Shown piece by piece: positions 8,701 through 17,979 of a stretch of DNA of 64,000 nt. Position numbers and translations under genes: made by a program. A model generated the notes under the pieces. It had not been told where the DNA came from. It saw only the letters and a program-made list of their open reading frames with translations, and did no database searches. Positions within the stretch are counted from its first letter, which is position 1. Every line of letters begins with the position of its first letter. The stretch is from Candidatus Latescibacterota bacterium (GTDB taxonomy: Bacteria; Latescibacterota; UBA2968), in NCBI GenBank assembly GCA_965204745.1, contig OZ242010.1:4864001-4928000 (forward strand). The letters are read 5' to 3'.

Positions 8701-11632
8701 TGATCGCACCACTCGATTTTTTCAGAGCTCTCTCAATGGCAGCACGCAAGTTGGCGTCGGGGATGTTCACGCCGCGCTCAACGGTCACTGTGTAGGTTTT
8801 CGTCGTCGTCCCATCTTCTGCTGTGACCACAATGGCAATGGTATTCTCGCCCACACTGAGGGAAATGGCACTGCTCGCATTGCCGCTCGATACCGAAGTG
8901 CCGTTCACCGTGATCGTGGCACCGTTGTAACTGCTCGTCGGCGTGACGGTCAGACTGTCGATGCTGTCCGCCACGGTCGCTGTGTAGGAGAGAGAGTCAC
9001 GGGCGAAGGCCGGATCCAGCGTCCCTGCCGAGAGCGTCAGGCCGCTCAAATCCGCATCGCTTGAGGTCGTTCTGGCACTGGGCGTCCCCGTCACGCCCGC
9101 CGAGGGCGGGCCATCGTCGGCATTGGTCAGGGTGGCGATGACGCGCACAGTGTATTCCGTGCCCGCGGTCAGACCGGCGATTGTCGCACTCGTCTTACTG
9201 CCGTTGTCGATGACTTGCTGACGGTCAGAGGCGTACAACGCCTCCCCGGATTTCCACTGCACTTTGTAACCGGTCGCCCCGTTCACCGCATCCCATGCTA
9301 CGCCCAAATAGCCCACACCGGGCGTGACTTCTACACCCGCCACTTGCCCCGGTTCTGTCACCACGGTGACCGGCCCCGTCACCTGCGCGGGCGTCACGGT
9401 GACCGATCCCGTCGTCAAGTCCTCGGTGCCGGAATGGGCCGCGGCCTTCACGGTCACGCGCAAGCTCTGATTCGCGTCAAAACCCAACCCGGTATAAGCG
9501 AGCGTCAGTTGGGCGACTGTGGCAGAGGTTCTGACGGGCGTACCGCTGATGCTCGCGCCCTGCGGGGCGGTGTGCAATGCGAAGTGGTTGACGGCGAGGG
9601 TCTCGTTGTAGGTGGCACCGGTCAGGGTAATGTTGACTTTTGCCCCGTTGAGATTTGCTTCTGTCAGCGAGTCTGGAACCGTCGATGAGATCGCTGCCCC
9701 CTCTGCCGTTGCTCCTGTTGCCGTGGCGGTGAAGGTCACGGACTTGTCAATGTTCGAGACGTCGATAGCCGCTACAACCGTGTCTGCGCCCGCAGCACCC
9801 AGCGTCAACCTCGTCGAGGCGCGCCCAGTGGCATCGGTGGTATCGGTTGTGGCACTGAGCGACCCACTACCCGCCGTGACCGAAAAAGCGACCGGCACCC
9901 CGGCAAAGGCGACGGCGTTCGTATCCCGCACTTCAACGATGAACGGATCGGACAGGCGAGAACCAGCCGTGCCGGTTTGGTCATCGCCCGAGATTTTTAC
10001 CAAACTGGTCAAAGTGCGGGGATCGTAAATTACACGAACGCCTCGGGACTCAAAGGAGGGGATATGGGTGGTGAGGGAAGGATAGCTCAAAGGATTATCC
10101 CTAAGATTCAGATCTCTCAGGCTGGTGAGACCCTTAAGTGGCGAGATATCCGAGATGCTGTTGTTACTAAGAGTCAGATTTGTCAGGCTGGTGAGACCCT
10201 TAAGGGCCGAGATATCAGAGATGCTGTTGTTTTCAAGCCACAGATGTGTCAGGCGGGTTAAGCCCGACAGGGCCGAGATATCAGAGATGCGGTTGCCACC
10301 ACCATGCCAACCAAGAGCTAGCCCTTCCAGGCTGGTTAAGCCCGACAGGGCCGAGATATCAGAGATGCGGTTGTTGTCAAGCCACAGATCTATCAGGCTG
10401 GTGAGACCCTTAAGGGCCGAGATATCAGAGATGCGGTTGTTACTAAGAGTCAGATTTGTCAGGCTGGTGAGACCCTTAAGGGCCGAGATATCAGAGATGC
10501 GGTTGTTACTAAGAGTCAGATTTGTCAGGCTGGTGAGACCCTTAAGGGCCGAGATATCAGAGATGCGGTTGTTACTAAGAGTCAGATTTGTCAGGCTGGT
10601 GAGACCCTTAAGGGCCGAGATATCAGAGATGCGGTTGTTACTAAGCCACAGAACTGTCAGGCTGGTTAAGCCCGACAAGGCCGAGATATCAGAGATGTTG
10701 TGGCCAGTAAGAACCAGCTGTTTCAGGCTGGTTAAGCCCGACAAGGCCGAGATATCAGAGATGTTGTTGTAGCCAAGACGTGCTTCAAGACGTAAATGTG
10801 TCAGACTGGTTAAGCCCGACAGGGCCGAGATATCCGAGATGTTGTTGTCGCTAAGATTCAGATATGTCAGACTGGTTAAGCCCGACAAGGCCGAGATATC
10901 AGAGATACGGTTGCCGCTAAGATTCAGATATGTCAGACTGGTTAAGCCCGACAAGGCCGAGATATCAGAGATACTGCTCGCCGAGATATCAGAGGTACGG
11001 TTGTTGCTAAGATTCAGATATGTCAGACTGGTTAAGCCCGACAAGGCCGAGATATCAGAGATGTTGTTGTCAAGAGCCAGCCCTTCCAGGCTGGTTGCAT
11101 ACTCCAGCCCGGTCAAATTCAAATTACTAATGTTCCGACGCGCAACACTAAGGCTGGTCATGGTCGCCATTTCACTTGGGGTAATGATCGCACCGCTCGA
11201 TTTTTTCAGAGCTCTCTCAATGTCACCACGCAAGGCGGCGTCGGGGATGTTCACGCCGCGCTCAACGGTCACTGTGTAGGTTTTCGTCGTGGTGCTATCC
11301 TCTGCGGCAACCACAATGGTAATGGTATTTTCGCCCACACTGAGGGAAATGGCACTGCTCGCACTGCCACTCGATACCGAAGTGCCGTTCACCGTGATCG
11401 TGGCGCCGTTGTGATTGCTCGTCGGCATAACGGTCAGGCTGTCGATGCTGTTCGCCACGGTCGCGGTGTAGGAGAGCGAGTCGCGGGCAAAGGCCGGATC
11501 CAGCGTCCCTGCCGAGAGCGTCAGGCCGCTCAGGTCCGCATCGCTTGAAGCGGTATTCTGCGCGGCGGATTCGCCACAGACAACGAGCAGGGCGCAGAGC
11601 ATAAGAACGGATCTAAAAGAGCGATAGATCAT
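2720..11632 (-). CDS. 2970-aa secreted surface protein: 4 x [cadherin-like beta-sandwich - internalin-like LRR block - Big_1/invasin-like Ig - uncharacterised Ig-like - FN3] plus two dockerin-like C-terminal repeats
   Basis: Signal peptide MIYRSFRSVLMLCALLVVCGESAA; AGGAG SD; SSDADLSGLTLS...TTKTYTVTV (cadherin-like); 22-aa LxxLxLxxNxISDISALSGLTS repeats; KISGDDQTG...PFIVEVRD...TTDANGRAST (Big_1-like); GATGYKVQWKSG...GLTAGTEYTVRV (FN3). Confidence 0.93.
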   Translation of the reverse strand: MIYRSFRSVLMLCALLVVCGESAAQNTASSDADLSGLTLSAGTLDPAFARDSLSYTATVANSIDSLTVMPTSNHNGATITVNGTSVSSGSASSAISLSVGENTITIVVAAEDSTTTKTYTVTVERGVNIPDAALRGDIERALKKSSGAIITPSEMATMTSLSVARRNISNLNLTGLEYATSLEGLALDNNISDISALSGLTSLTYLNLSNNRTSDISASSISDISALSGLTSLTYLNLSGNRISDISALSGLTSLTYLNLSDNNISDISALSGLTSLTHLRLEARLGYNNISDISALSGLTSLKQLVLTGHNISDISALSGLTSLTVLWLSNNRISDISALKGLTSLTNLTLSNNRISDISALKGLTSLTNLTLSNNRISDISALKGLTSLTNLTLSNNRISDISALKGLTSLIDLWLDNNRISDISALSGLTSLEGLALGWHGGGNRISDISALSGLTRLTHLWLENNSISDISALKGLTSLTNLTLSNNSISDISPLKGLTSLRDLNLRDNPLSYPSLTTHIPSFESRGVRVIYDPRTLTSLVKISGDDQTGTAGSRLSDPFIVEVRDTNAVAFAGVPVAFSVTAGSGSLSATTDTTDATGRASTRLTLGAAGADTVVAAIDVSNIDKSVTFTATATGATAEGAAISSTVPDSLTEANLNGAKVNITLTGATYNETLAVNHFALHTAPQGASISGTPVRTSATVAQLTLAYTGLGFDANQSLRVTVKAAAHSGTEDLTTGSVTVTPAQVTGPVTVVTEPGQVAGVEVTPGVGYLGVAWDAVNGATGYKVQWKSGEALYASDRQQVIDNGSKTSATIAGLTAGTEYTVRVIATLTNADDGPPSAGVTGTPSARTTSSDADLSGLTLSAGTLDPAFARDSLSYTATVADSIDSLTVTPTSSYNGATITVNGTSVSSGNASSAISLSVGENTIAIVVTAEDGTTTKTYTVTVERGVNIPDANLRAAIERALKKSSGAIITPSDLTRLTYMETLVLNDNRISDISALSGLTRLRSLWLVNNNISDISALSGLTNLKFLYLMSNPLSYPSLTTHIPAFLSRGVSVYYDFRTLTSLVKISGDGQTGTAGSRLSDPFIVEVRDSNDVAFAGVPVAFSVTAGGGSLSTTTDTTDANGRASTRLTLSAVGANTVKAIIDVSNIDKSVTFTATATGGTTAEGATISSTVPDALTETNLNGAKVNITLTGATYNETLATNHFALHTAPQGVSISGTPVRTSATVAQLTLAYTGLGFDANQSLRVTVKAAAHSGSEDLTTESVTVTPAQVTGPVTVVTEPGQVTGVEVTPGVGNLGVSWNAVNGATGYKVQWKSGDAVYASDRQQVIDTGGKTSATIAGLTAGTEYTVRVIATLTNADDGPPSVGVTGTPSARTTSSDADLSGLTLSAGTLDPAFARDSLAYTATVADSIDSLTVTPTSNHNGATITVNGTSVSSGSASSAISLSVGENTIAIVVTAEDTTTTKTYTVTVDRGVNIPDADLRGAIERALKKSSGAIITPSEMATMTSLSAGKQNTRDLTGLEYATSLERLDLSHNGISDISPLQGLTSLNVLWLQSNSISDISPLKGLTSLSRLLLGSNGGISDISPLQGLTSLRDLRLDANSISDISPLQGLTSLTKLFLQKNSISDISPLQGFTSLNVLWLQDNSISDISSLQGLTSLRELVLTRNGGISDISALSGLTSLTYLYIKGNNISDISALSGLTSLTHLYIKGNPLSYPSLITHIPALQSRGVRVFYDARTLTSLVKISGDDQTGTAGSRLSDPFIVEVRDSNAVAFAGVPVAFSVTAGGGSLSTTTDTTDANGRASTRLTLGAVGANTVVAAIDVSNIDKSVTFTATATGATAEGATISSTVPDSLTETNLNGAKVNITLTGATYNETLAANHFALHTAPQGASISGTPVRTSATVAQLTLAYTGLGFDANQSLRVTVKAAAHSGSEDLTTESVTVTPAQVTGPVTVVTEPGQVTGVEVTPGVGNLGVSWDAVNGVTGYKVQWKSGEALYASDRQQVIDNGGKTSATIAGLTAGTEYTVRVIATLTNADDGPPSVGVTGTPSARTTSSDADLSGLTLSAGTLDPAFARDSLAYTATVANSIDSLTVTPTSNHNGATITVNGTSVSSGSASSAISLSVGENTITIVVAAEDGTTTKTYTVTVERGVNIPDANLRAAIEGALKKSSGAIITPSEMATLTGLDARSQNISDLTGLEHATSLNSLNLFSNNISDISALSGLTSLIDLRLYDNNISDISALSGLTSLERLYLNNNRISDISALSGLTSLESLYLSGNRISDISALSGLTSLEFLLLVTNSISDISALSGLTSLECLYLNNNRISDISPLKGLTSLNVLWLQSNRISDISPLKGLTSLRYLTLDFNRISDISALSGLTSLEFLLLSGNRISDISALSGLTSLRTLGLNNNRISDISALSGLTSLRTLGLNNNHISDISALSGLTSLRTLGLNNNHISDISALSGLTSLEFLVINGTLLNYPSLTTHIPAFQSRGTDVIYDTRTLTSLIKISGDDQTGPAGSRLSDPFIVEVRDSNDVAFAGVPVAFSVTAGSGSLSTTTDTTDANGRASTRLTLGATGTDTVVAAIDVSNIDKSVTFTATATGQRAEGATISSTVPDSLTEANLNGAKVNITLTGATYNETLAANHFALHTAPQGASISGTPVRTSATVAQLTLAYTGLGFDANQSLRVTVKAAAHSGSEDLTTGSVTVTPAQVTGPVTVVTEPGQVTGVEVTPGEGYLGVSWDAVNGATGYKVQWKSGEALYASDRQQVIDNGSKTSATIAGLTAGTEYTVRVIATLTNADDGPPSVGVTGTPSARTTSPPSPVTLTDADTPSANLDVDGNGRVGLFSDIILITRYVLFFREEALINRAVSSDATRTTPQDIESYIAILVDQKILDVDGNGRVELFSDIILITRYILFFREEALINRAVSSDATRTTPQDIESYIRSLYPDSHFQ
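2753..3080. repeat. Tandem 177-bp repeat x2 encoding the dockerin-like LDVDGNGRVxLFSDIILITRY...TRTTPQDIESYI
   Basis: GATGTAGGATTCAATATC at 2753 and 2930; near-identical DNA. Confidence 0.9.
3135..11550. repeat. Four large internal modules (boundaries ~11550, 9064, 7477, 5434, 3135) with near-identical non-LRR DNA
   Basis: TCCGCATCGCTTGA...CTGGCACTGGGCGTCCCC junctions recur; 66-bp LRR units at ~4155-5050, 6455-7090, 8500-8690 and 10085-11160. Confidence 0.92.
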
Positions 11633-11687
11633 GATTAACTCCTGTCAAAAAGAGTGATACTGCGTAGTGACGCCGTTGGGAAAACAG

Positions 11688-11717
11688 AATATACGCGATT
11701 TAGGATACGACAGTCAA
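11688..11717 (-). promoter_or_regulatory. Putative promoter TTGACT-N18-TATATT for the giant LRR gene
   Basis: Sigma70-like boxes 55-85 nt upstream of the ATG. Confidence 0.55.
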
Positions 11718-11920
11718 TTTTTTTTTAAGTAGTGGTCAGTTCCTACCCTCTGTCCCACCAGTGTAGGGACAGGCCACCGGCCGGCGGTGGGTATAGCGTG
11801 ACGCTGATCTGTTGCGGCTCCGCCGTAGAAGCAGGTCTCATCGGCCAGCGCGTTGACCACCTTGGGTCTGCGTCCATATTGCATTGAGCGCGTCTGGGGT
11901 GAGTGTCTGCCCCGTCTCCT

Positions 11921-12718
11921 TTATTTTTTCAAAATCCTAGGGCGATCACATGCCTCGCCGGCTGCGATGAGGAATGGGCGGTCGGCTTGCCCCGCGCCTT
12001 CGACCATTTCCGCGGGCATCGTCACCATCACGCCGCCCCAGCGCGGCCGGTCGCTCGGGTTGGGCGGGCTCATGTGCCACATTTTCGCATGCCAGACCAC
12101 CGCATCGCCCGCGTGCAGGGGAACGGGTTCGGGGGTGATCCCCGCCACCAGGTCGCGGGGGATTTCCTCGTGAACGCCATCCGCGTATTTGACGTGTTCG
12201 ATGATCTCGCCCTTGTGAATGCCCGGCGCCATGTGCAAACATCCATTTTCCAAATCCACGTCGTCCAACGCCACCCAGCAACTCAGGTGGCGCGTTTTGT
12301 AGGGGCGCGTGCCACTTTGGGGGCATCTCGCCCACAGCCAGATATCCTGATGCCAAGGCGTGCTTTCGCCTACGTGCGCGGGTTTGGTGAAAAACCGCGT
12401 GCCTTGAATCCGCACGTCGTCCCCCAAAAACCGCTGCTGGAGGGCCAAAACGCGGTCCGCGGTCAACCAGCGGTTCCAAAGCACGTCGCTCAAAAAATTG
12501 CGATCTCCCACTGCGCGCACCGCATCTGCGCCATCCAATGCCACGCCATCGACACGGCTCCTGTCCAACGCGAACCCCGGCGCATCTTCGGCGATAATCC
12601 GCGCGAGTTCATCCCGCACCGCCCGCACCGCATCCGCGTCAATAATCTGCCGCACCACAAAATACCCGCGTTCTTCAAACTGCCGCTCGGCGTCTTTGGG
12701 AATTGTGAAATTTTCCAT
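11921..12718 (-). CDS. Phytanoyl-CoA dioxygenase (PhyH) family Fe(II)/2OG oxygenase
   Basis: TPWHQD (HxD), SCWVALDD...ENGCL, WHMSPPN..DRPR. Start moved to MENFTIPK, which has a GGAG SD. Confidence 0.9.
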   Translation of the reverse strand: MENFTIPKDAERQFEERGYFVVRQIIDADAVRAVRDELARIIAEDAPGFALDRSRVDGVALDGADAVRAVGDRNFLSDVLWNRWLTADRVLALQQRFLGDDVRIQGTRFFTKPAHVGESTPWHQDIWLWARCPQSGTRPYKTRHLSCWVALDDVDLENGCLHMAPGIHKGEIIEHVKYADGVHEEIPRDLVAGITPEPVPLHAGDAVVWHAKMWHMSPPNPSDRPRWGGVMVTMPAEMVEGAGQADRPFLIAAGEACDRPRILKK

Positions 12719-12887
12719 GTTAGCTCTCCATCTGAGGTTCGATGCGTTCATCTAAATAGCCCGTGAAATCCCGTTGCTTCAGCACGGGGATACGAGGGCT
12801 TGCCACCAAAAATTTCGGGATCGATTGTGCGGTCGAGACATTCTCTTTTCGCCATGGCGAAACCTCATTTCATTTGAGTACTTTTTC

Positions 12888-12915
12888 TTGCCCGATTGTC
12901 GCATTGTGGTATAAT
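12888..12915 (+). promoter_or_regulatory. Putative extended -10 promoter (TTGCCC-N16; TGG-TATAAT) for fumarase
   Basis: Perfect TATAAT at 12910-12915 preceded by TGn. Confidence 0.55.
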
Positions 12916-12990
12916 ATACGACTCCACGATGAAATACGCGATAAAATGACCGCGTGATGACGCGCGATACAACTTCAACAGGGGGATGAC

Positions 12991-14610
12991 ATGGACGCGT
13001 ACCAACACCGAGAAATGATTTCACTTGGCAAGGACGAAACGCCCTATCAGTTGCTAACGACCGATTGGGTTTCCACCGGCGCGTTTGAAGGCCGGGAGAT
13101 TCTCAAAGTCGAAGCCGAGGGATTGACCATGCTGGCGGACCGTGCGATTCGAGACAGCGCGCATTTGTTGCGGCCCGCGCATTTGCAACAACTGTGCAAA
13201 ATTCTCGACGACCCCGAAGCCTCGCACAATGACCGGTTCGTCGCCATTGAAATGCTCAAAAACGCCAACATCGCGGCCGGGGGGGTCTTGCCCATGTGTC
13301 AGGACACGGGCACGGTCATCGTGATGGGCAAAAAGGGCCATCGCGTGTGGACAGATGGCAACGACGCTGCCGCGCTCTCGCACGGCATTGCCAAGGCGTT
13401 TCGGGAAACGAATTTGCGCTACAGCCAGATGGCGCCGCTCGATATGTTTCAAGAGGCGAATACCAAGACCAATCTGCCCGCGCAAATCGAGCTCTATGCG
13501 GATGAGGGGGATGCTTACGAGCTCATGTTCATGGCAAAAGGCGGCGGGTCCGCCAACAAGAGTTTGCTCTTTCAAGAAACCCGCGCCTTGCTCTCGCCGG
13601 ATCGGTTGCGCGATTTTATCGACCAACGCCTGCGCGAACTCGGCACATCGGCCTGCCCGCCCTATCACCTCGCGTTGGTAATAGGGGGCACGTCTGCGGA
13701 ATACACCCTCAAAACAGCCAAACTCGCCAGTGCGCGGTACCTCGATACCCTGCCCACACGGGGCGATGAATACGGCCGGGCCTTCCGCGACTTGGAGATG
13801 GAAAAGCGGGTTTTGGAAATGAGCCAAGAACTCGGCATTGGCGCGCAATTTGGCGGCAAGTACTTCTGCCATGACGTGCGCGTGATTCGCCTGCCGCGTC
13901 ACGGTGCGTCCTGCCCGGTGGGCATTGCGGTCTCGTGCTCGGCGGATCGGCAAATTTTGGCGAAAATCACGCGCGATGGCATTTTTATCGAGGAATTGGA
14001 AAGCGACCCGGCAAAGTACCTGCCAGACGTGGAAGAAGACGCCCTGGGCAGGGAGGTGGTCACCATCGATCTCAACCGGTCAATGGACGAGGTGCGCGCC
14101 ACCCTCAGCAAGTACCCGGTCAGCACGCGCGTGTCCCTGTCCGGGCCGATGATCGTGGCCCGGGACATCGCGCACGCCAAGTTGCAAGAATGCTTGGACC
14201 AGGGCGAGGGACTGCCGCACTATTTCAAGGAGTTGTGCGTTTATTACGCGGGCCCGGCCAAGACCCCCAAGGGCTATGCCTCGGGTTCGTTTGGCCCCAC
14301 AACTGCCGGGCGCATGGATGGGTACATCGACTCGTTCCAAGCCGCCGGAGGCAGCATGGTCATGCTGGCCAAGGGCAATCGCTCGCGTCAGGTGACAGAG
14401 GCGTGCAAAAACCACGGCGGATTTTACCTCGGCTCTATCGGTGGCCCGGCCGCGCGGTTGGCAAAAGACGCGATCCGCAAAGTCGAATGCCTCGCCTATC
14501 CGGAACTCGGCATGGAAGCGATCTGGCGCATCGAGGTCGAAAATTTTCCCGCCTTCATCGTCGTGGATGACAAGGGCAATGATTTCTACGCAACATTCAC
14601 GCGTCCTTAG
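12991..14610 (+). CDS. fumA: Class I (Fe-S) fumarate hydratase, fused single-chain type (FumA/FumB family)
   Basis: [66 protein letters not shown]. Confidence 0.95.
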   Translation: MDAYQHREMISLGKDETPYQLLTTDWVSTGAFEGREILKVEAEGLTMLADRAIRDSAHLLRPAHLQQLCKILDDPEASHNDRFVAIEMLKNANIAAGGVLPMCQDTGTVIVMGKKGHRVWTDGNDAAALSHGIAKAFRETNLRYSQMAPLDMFQEANTKTNLPAQIELYADEGDAYELMFMAKGGGSANKSLLFQETRALLSPDRLRDFIDQRLRELGTSACPPYHLALVIGGTSAEYTLKTAKLASARYLDTLPTRGDEYGRAFRDLEMEKRVLEMSQELGIGAQFGGKYFCHDVRVIRLPRHGASCPVGIAVSCSADRQILAKITRDGIFIEELESDPAKYLPDVEEDALGREVVTIDLNRSMDEVRATLSKYPVSTRVSLSGPMIVARDIAHAKLQECLDQGEGLPHYFKELCVYYAGPAKTPKGYASGSFGPTTAGRMDGYIDSFQAAGGSMVMLAKGNRSRQVTEACKNHGGFYLGSIGGPAARLAKDAIRKVECLAYPELGMEAIWRIEVENFPAFIVVDDKGNDFYATFTRP

Positions 14611-14685
14611 AAGAGGCGCGACGCGTAGCGAGGGGGCAGGTACTAGGTCCTGTTGACATTTTATTTTTTTTAGCGAGGAGTTACC

Positions 14686-15435
14686 ATGAGTGCTGCACTG
14701 GATTACGGCGTCCAAAGTTTTTGTTTTCGCCACTTCAAAGACAATGCTGACGTGGCCCAAAAGGTCAGAGACATCGGCTTGGACAAAATTGAAGTCTGCC
14801 AAGTTCACGCCAATTTCAAAGACCCCGCCGCATGGCAAGAGGTCGTCAAAACGTACGCGGACGCGGGGGTTTCCATCATCTCTATCGGGGTGCAAACCTT
14901 CACGGGCGACCCGGGTGAAAAGACCTTTTTCGAGTGCGCGGCCCTTGCTGGTGCCGAGCACATCTCTTGCCATTTTCAACTCGAATCCTATCCCAAAGCC
15001 ATCGCACAAGTGCGCGGATGGAGCAGGGAATACGGCATTCGCGTGGGGATTCACTGCCACGGCGGGTACCACTTTGGCGGACAACCCGGGGTGCTCAAAC
15101 ACTTGATCGGCTTGGGCACGCCCGAAATCGGCTTGTGCATCGACACGGCTTGGGCCTTGCAAATCGGCCCTCGTCAGGGCAATCCGGTCAAATGGACAGA
15201 GGATTTTGCCGGGCAGATTTACGGCGTCCACTACAAGGATTTCATCTTTAACCCCAACGGCCAGTGGCACGACACGGTCGTCGGCGGAGGCACGCTCGAT
15301 CTGCCGGCCTTTGTCGCAGGGTTGGAAAAAACCGGCTTTGACGGCATGGCGGTTATCGAATACGAAGCCGATGTCGAAAATCCCGTGCCCGCCCTGACCC
15401 GATGCGTGGAAACCATGCGCGAATTGACCGGGTAA
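14686..15435 (+). CDS. Sugar phosphate isomerase/epimerase (xylose-isomerase-like TIM barrel)
   Basis: GVQSFCFR, GIHCHG, GLCIDTAW, GVHYKDF, G.G.LD, AVIEYE; GAGGAG SD. Confidence 0.85.
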   Translation: MSAALDYGVQSFCFRHFKDNADVAQKVRDIGLDKIEVCQVHANFKDPAAWQEVVKTYADAGVSIISIGVQTFTGDPGEKTFFECAALAGAEHISCHFQLESYPKAIAQVRGWSREYGIRVGIHCHGGYHFGGQPGVLKHLIGLGTPEIGLCIDTAWALQIGPRQGNPVKWTEDFAGQIYGVHYKDFIFNPNGQWHDTVVGGGTLDLPAFVAGLEKTGFDGMAVIEYEADVENPVPALTRCVETMRELTG

Positions 15436-15515
15436 TGGCTCTGCTTGATCGCCTGCAAAAACCGACAGCCCTTTTTCCCGCGGATTTCTCCGACGCCCGT
15501 TGTACCCCGCTCGCG

Positions 15516-15599
15516 CCTTTTATGCTTTTTATTTTTTGTGCCTTTTGTGCCTTTTGTGGCTACTCGTGCCTTTTGTGCCTTTTGTGCCTTTTGTGGCTA
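15516..15599. repeat. Nonamer array (GTGCCTTTT)n...GTGGCTA, two blocks
   Basis: Read directly; the inverted form GCCACAAAAGGCACAAAA occurs at 31170. Confidence 0.85.
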
Positions 15600-15606
15600 T
15601 TCACCT

Positions 15607-17816
15607 ATGATCGAAAAACACGACATGACCGAGGAACAATTGGTCTCGGCTTGCTTCCTGACCGAGGAATCCGCGAAGATTACGGCTGGGCGGAAATCGA
15701 TCCAGACCACGCGGTTATCGCGGGTGAAACGGCCACATGGCGCGTCGTCTATCACGCGGGCAAACGCGGGATTGACGATGGCGGGGTGATCAAAATCGCG
15801 TGGCGCGACGTGAGCGACTGGCAACATCCGCAATTTGACGATCCAGCCGCGCCCGCTTATGCCTCGGTCTCGACAACGGGACCGGCGACCTTGAAAGCGG
15901 TTTTTGACCGGCAGCGATATATTCGACCGTGGCGATATTGCGTCACCATCGACGTATTTGACGATTCGCTAGCCGAAGGCGACAGCGTAACCCTCGTATT
16001 GGGCGATACATCGGCCGGGAGCGCGGGCAGTCGCGCGCAAACATTTTGTCAGGATGCGTTTGAATTTCGCGTCGCGGTCGATTGGTGCGGAACGTGGGTC
16101 TATACAGAAGTGCCGTCGCCGAAAGTGCCCATTGTGAGCGGCGCGCCCCATCGCCTCGTCGCGTTGGGGCCATCTGAAACAACGCCCGACGAAGCCACCT
16201 GGATCGGCATAAAAGCCGAAGATGCGTGGGGCAATCCGTGCGCGGAATATACCGGTAAAATAAAAATCGACGCCGATGGCCTTGTGGGATTGCCCGAAAC
16301 ACATGCGTTTGACCCCAGCCAGCGCGGCGCAATGCGGTTTGAAGGTGTGACGGCCCCCAAACCTGGGATTTACCGCGTGCGGGCATGGGATGAAAGCCTG
16401 GGCCTCGAGGCAGAGAGCAACCCATTGGTGAGCCGTGCAACGCGCAAAGACCCGCGTCCCTTTTGGGGCGATTTGCACGGGCAGAGCGAAGAAACCGTGG
16501 GCACCAACTCGGTCGAGTCGTATTTTCGCTTTGCACGCGAAAAGGCGTGGCTGGATTTTGCAGGGCATCAGGGCAATGATTTTCAAATTACAAAATCGGT
16601 CTGGCAGGAGATCAAACGCCGCGCCAATACCCAGAATGCCCCGGGCAAATTCGCGGCCTTTGTCGGCTGGGAATGGTCGGGCAACACGCCCGTAGGCGGG
16701 GATCGCAATGTGTATTATCCCGGCGGCGACGGCCCGTTGCACCGCTCCAGCCATGTGCTGATCGACGACAAGTCCGATGTGGCTACGGATTGCCAGCACG
16801 TCGCAGACCTCTACCGCGCCCTCGAGGGCATGGACGCGCTGTTGATACCGCATGTGGGCGGGCGCTATGCAAATCTGGCGTGGCACGATCCAAACTTAGA
16901 GGCCGTGATCGAGGTTTTGTCCGAGTGGGGCGAATTTGAGTGGTTCTTGAGGGAAGCCCTCGAGAGGGGCTATCGCGTGGGGTTCACCTGCGGCAGCGAC
17001 GACCACAAAGGCCGCCCGGGCGCCGCGCATCCGGGCAGTGGCGCGTTTGGCGTTTACGGCGGGATAACCTGCGTCTATGCCGAAGAATTGACGCGGGAAA
17101 GCGTGTGGGAGGCACTCAAAGCGAGGCGGTGCTATGGCACTAACGGCCCGCGCGTGCTGGTGGAAATGACCGTGGGCGGGCAGCCCATGGGATCGGATCT
17201 GACGACACGGGTACCGCCCGAAATCGCCCTAAAAGTTTGGGGCACAGCGCCGATTGAAAAAGTGGATCTCTTCAGGGGAACGGACGTGATTTACACGCAT
17301 CCCCAAACCATTCCCCGGCAACAAAATCGCGTGCGGATCGCGTGGTCTGGGCAGCGCATCAGGGCGCGCAATCGCCTCGTGCGCTGGGATGGCGCGGTCA
17401 GGCTCGACAAAGGGCGCATCGCAGAGGCCATCGGTTTTGCGTTTGATTCAGCGTCCGAAGGCATTCAATCAGCCGATGATCACTCGGTGACTTGGACATC
17501 CGTGACCACGGGCGACGCGGATGGGATCATTTTGACGCTCGATGCCCCCAGCGATGCGACACTCGATTTTGAAACCCCCGTGTTGTCGCATTCGCTACGC
17601 CTTTCAGAAATCGCAACCGGGCCCGTTGTGATCGGTGCCGGCGGCATTGATATGCAGGTGGTTTTTGAACGCGCCCCCGTGGGCATTGGCCGCGAAGTCG
17701 CATTTACATACCGCGAAAATGAGTTGCTCCCCGGTTGCCATCCCTATTGGGCACGCATCGCGCAAATTGACGGCGGAAAGGCATGGGTGAGTCCGGTGTA
17801 TGTGGCGAGTCAGTAG
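15607..17816 (+). CDS. DUF3604-family PHP-like metallohydrolase; 5' end uncertain, possible frameshift near 15669
   Basis: FWGDLHGQSEETVG, GHQGNDFQI, GWEWSGNT..GGDRNV, IPHVGGRYA, GSDDHKGRPG, RRCYGTNG, AWVSPVY. Confidence 0.75.
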
Positions 17817-17956
17817 TCAGTTCGCCCCGCCCTGCAACCCTTCCACAAGTGAGACGGGAGAGGGAAGACGTAAGAGGGCCACCCAGCACTCCAAGTGGTC
17901 AGTAGTCAGTAGTCAGTGGTCAGTAGTCAGTGGTCAGTAGTCAGTAGTCAGTGGTC
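17808..17956. repeat. Composite heptamer arrays: AGT(A/G)GTC x2, GAGACG-type x4, AGT(A/G)GTC x9 (17894-17956)
   Basis: Counted directly. Confidence 0.92.
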
Positions 17957-17979
17957 AATCTCCCCAACCCCCATTCCCC

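Noticed and set aside
4155-11160. LRR blocks as a CRISPR array or DGR variable region
   Set aside because: The 66-bp constant/variable pattern is in-frame coding sequence. There are no cas genes, RT, avd or template repeat in the window, and the variation includes indels and whole-codon swaps rather than adenine-only changes.
11790-11890. Possible gene fragment between the giant gene and PhyH
   Set aside because: Short minus-strand frames are open, but I recognise no motif or RBS.
14653-14685. TTGACA upstream of the epimerase as a promoter
   Set aside because: No plausible -10 at 16-18 bp; that position is occupied by the RBS.
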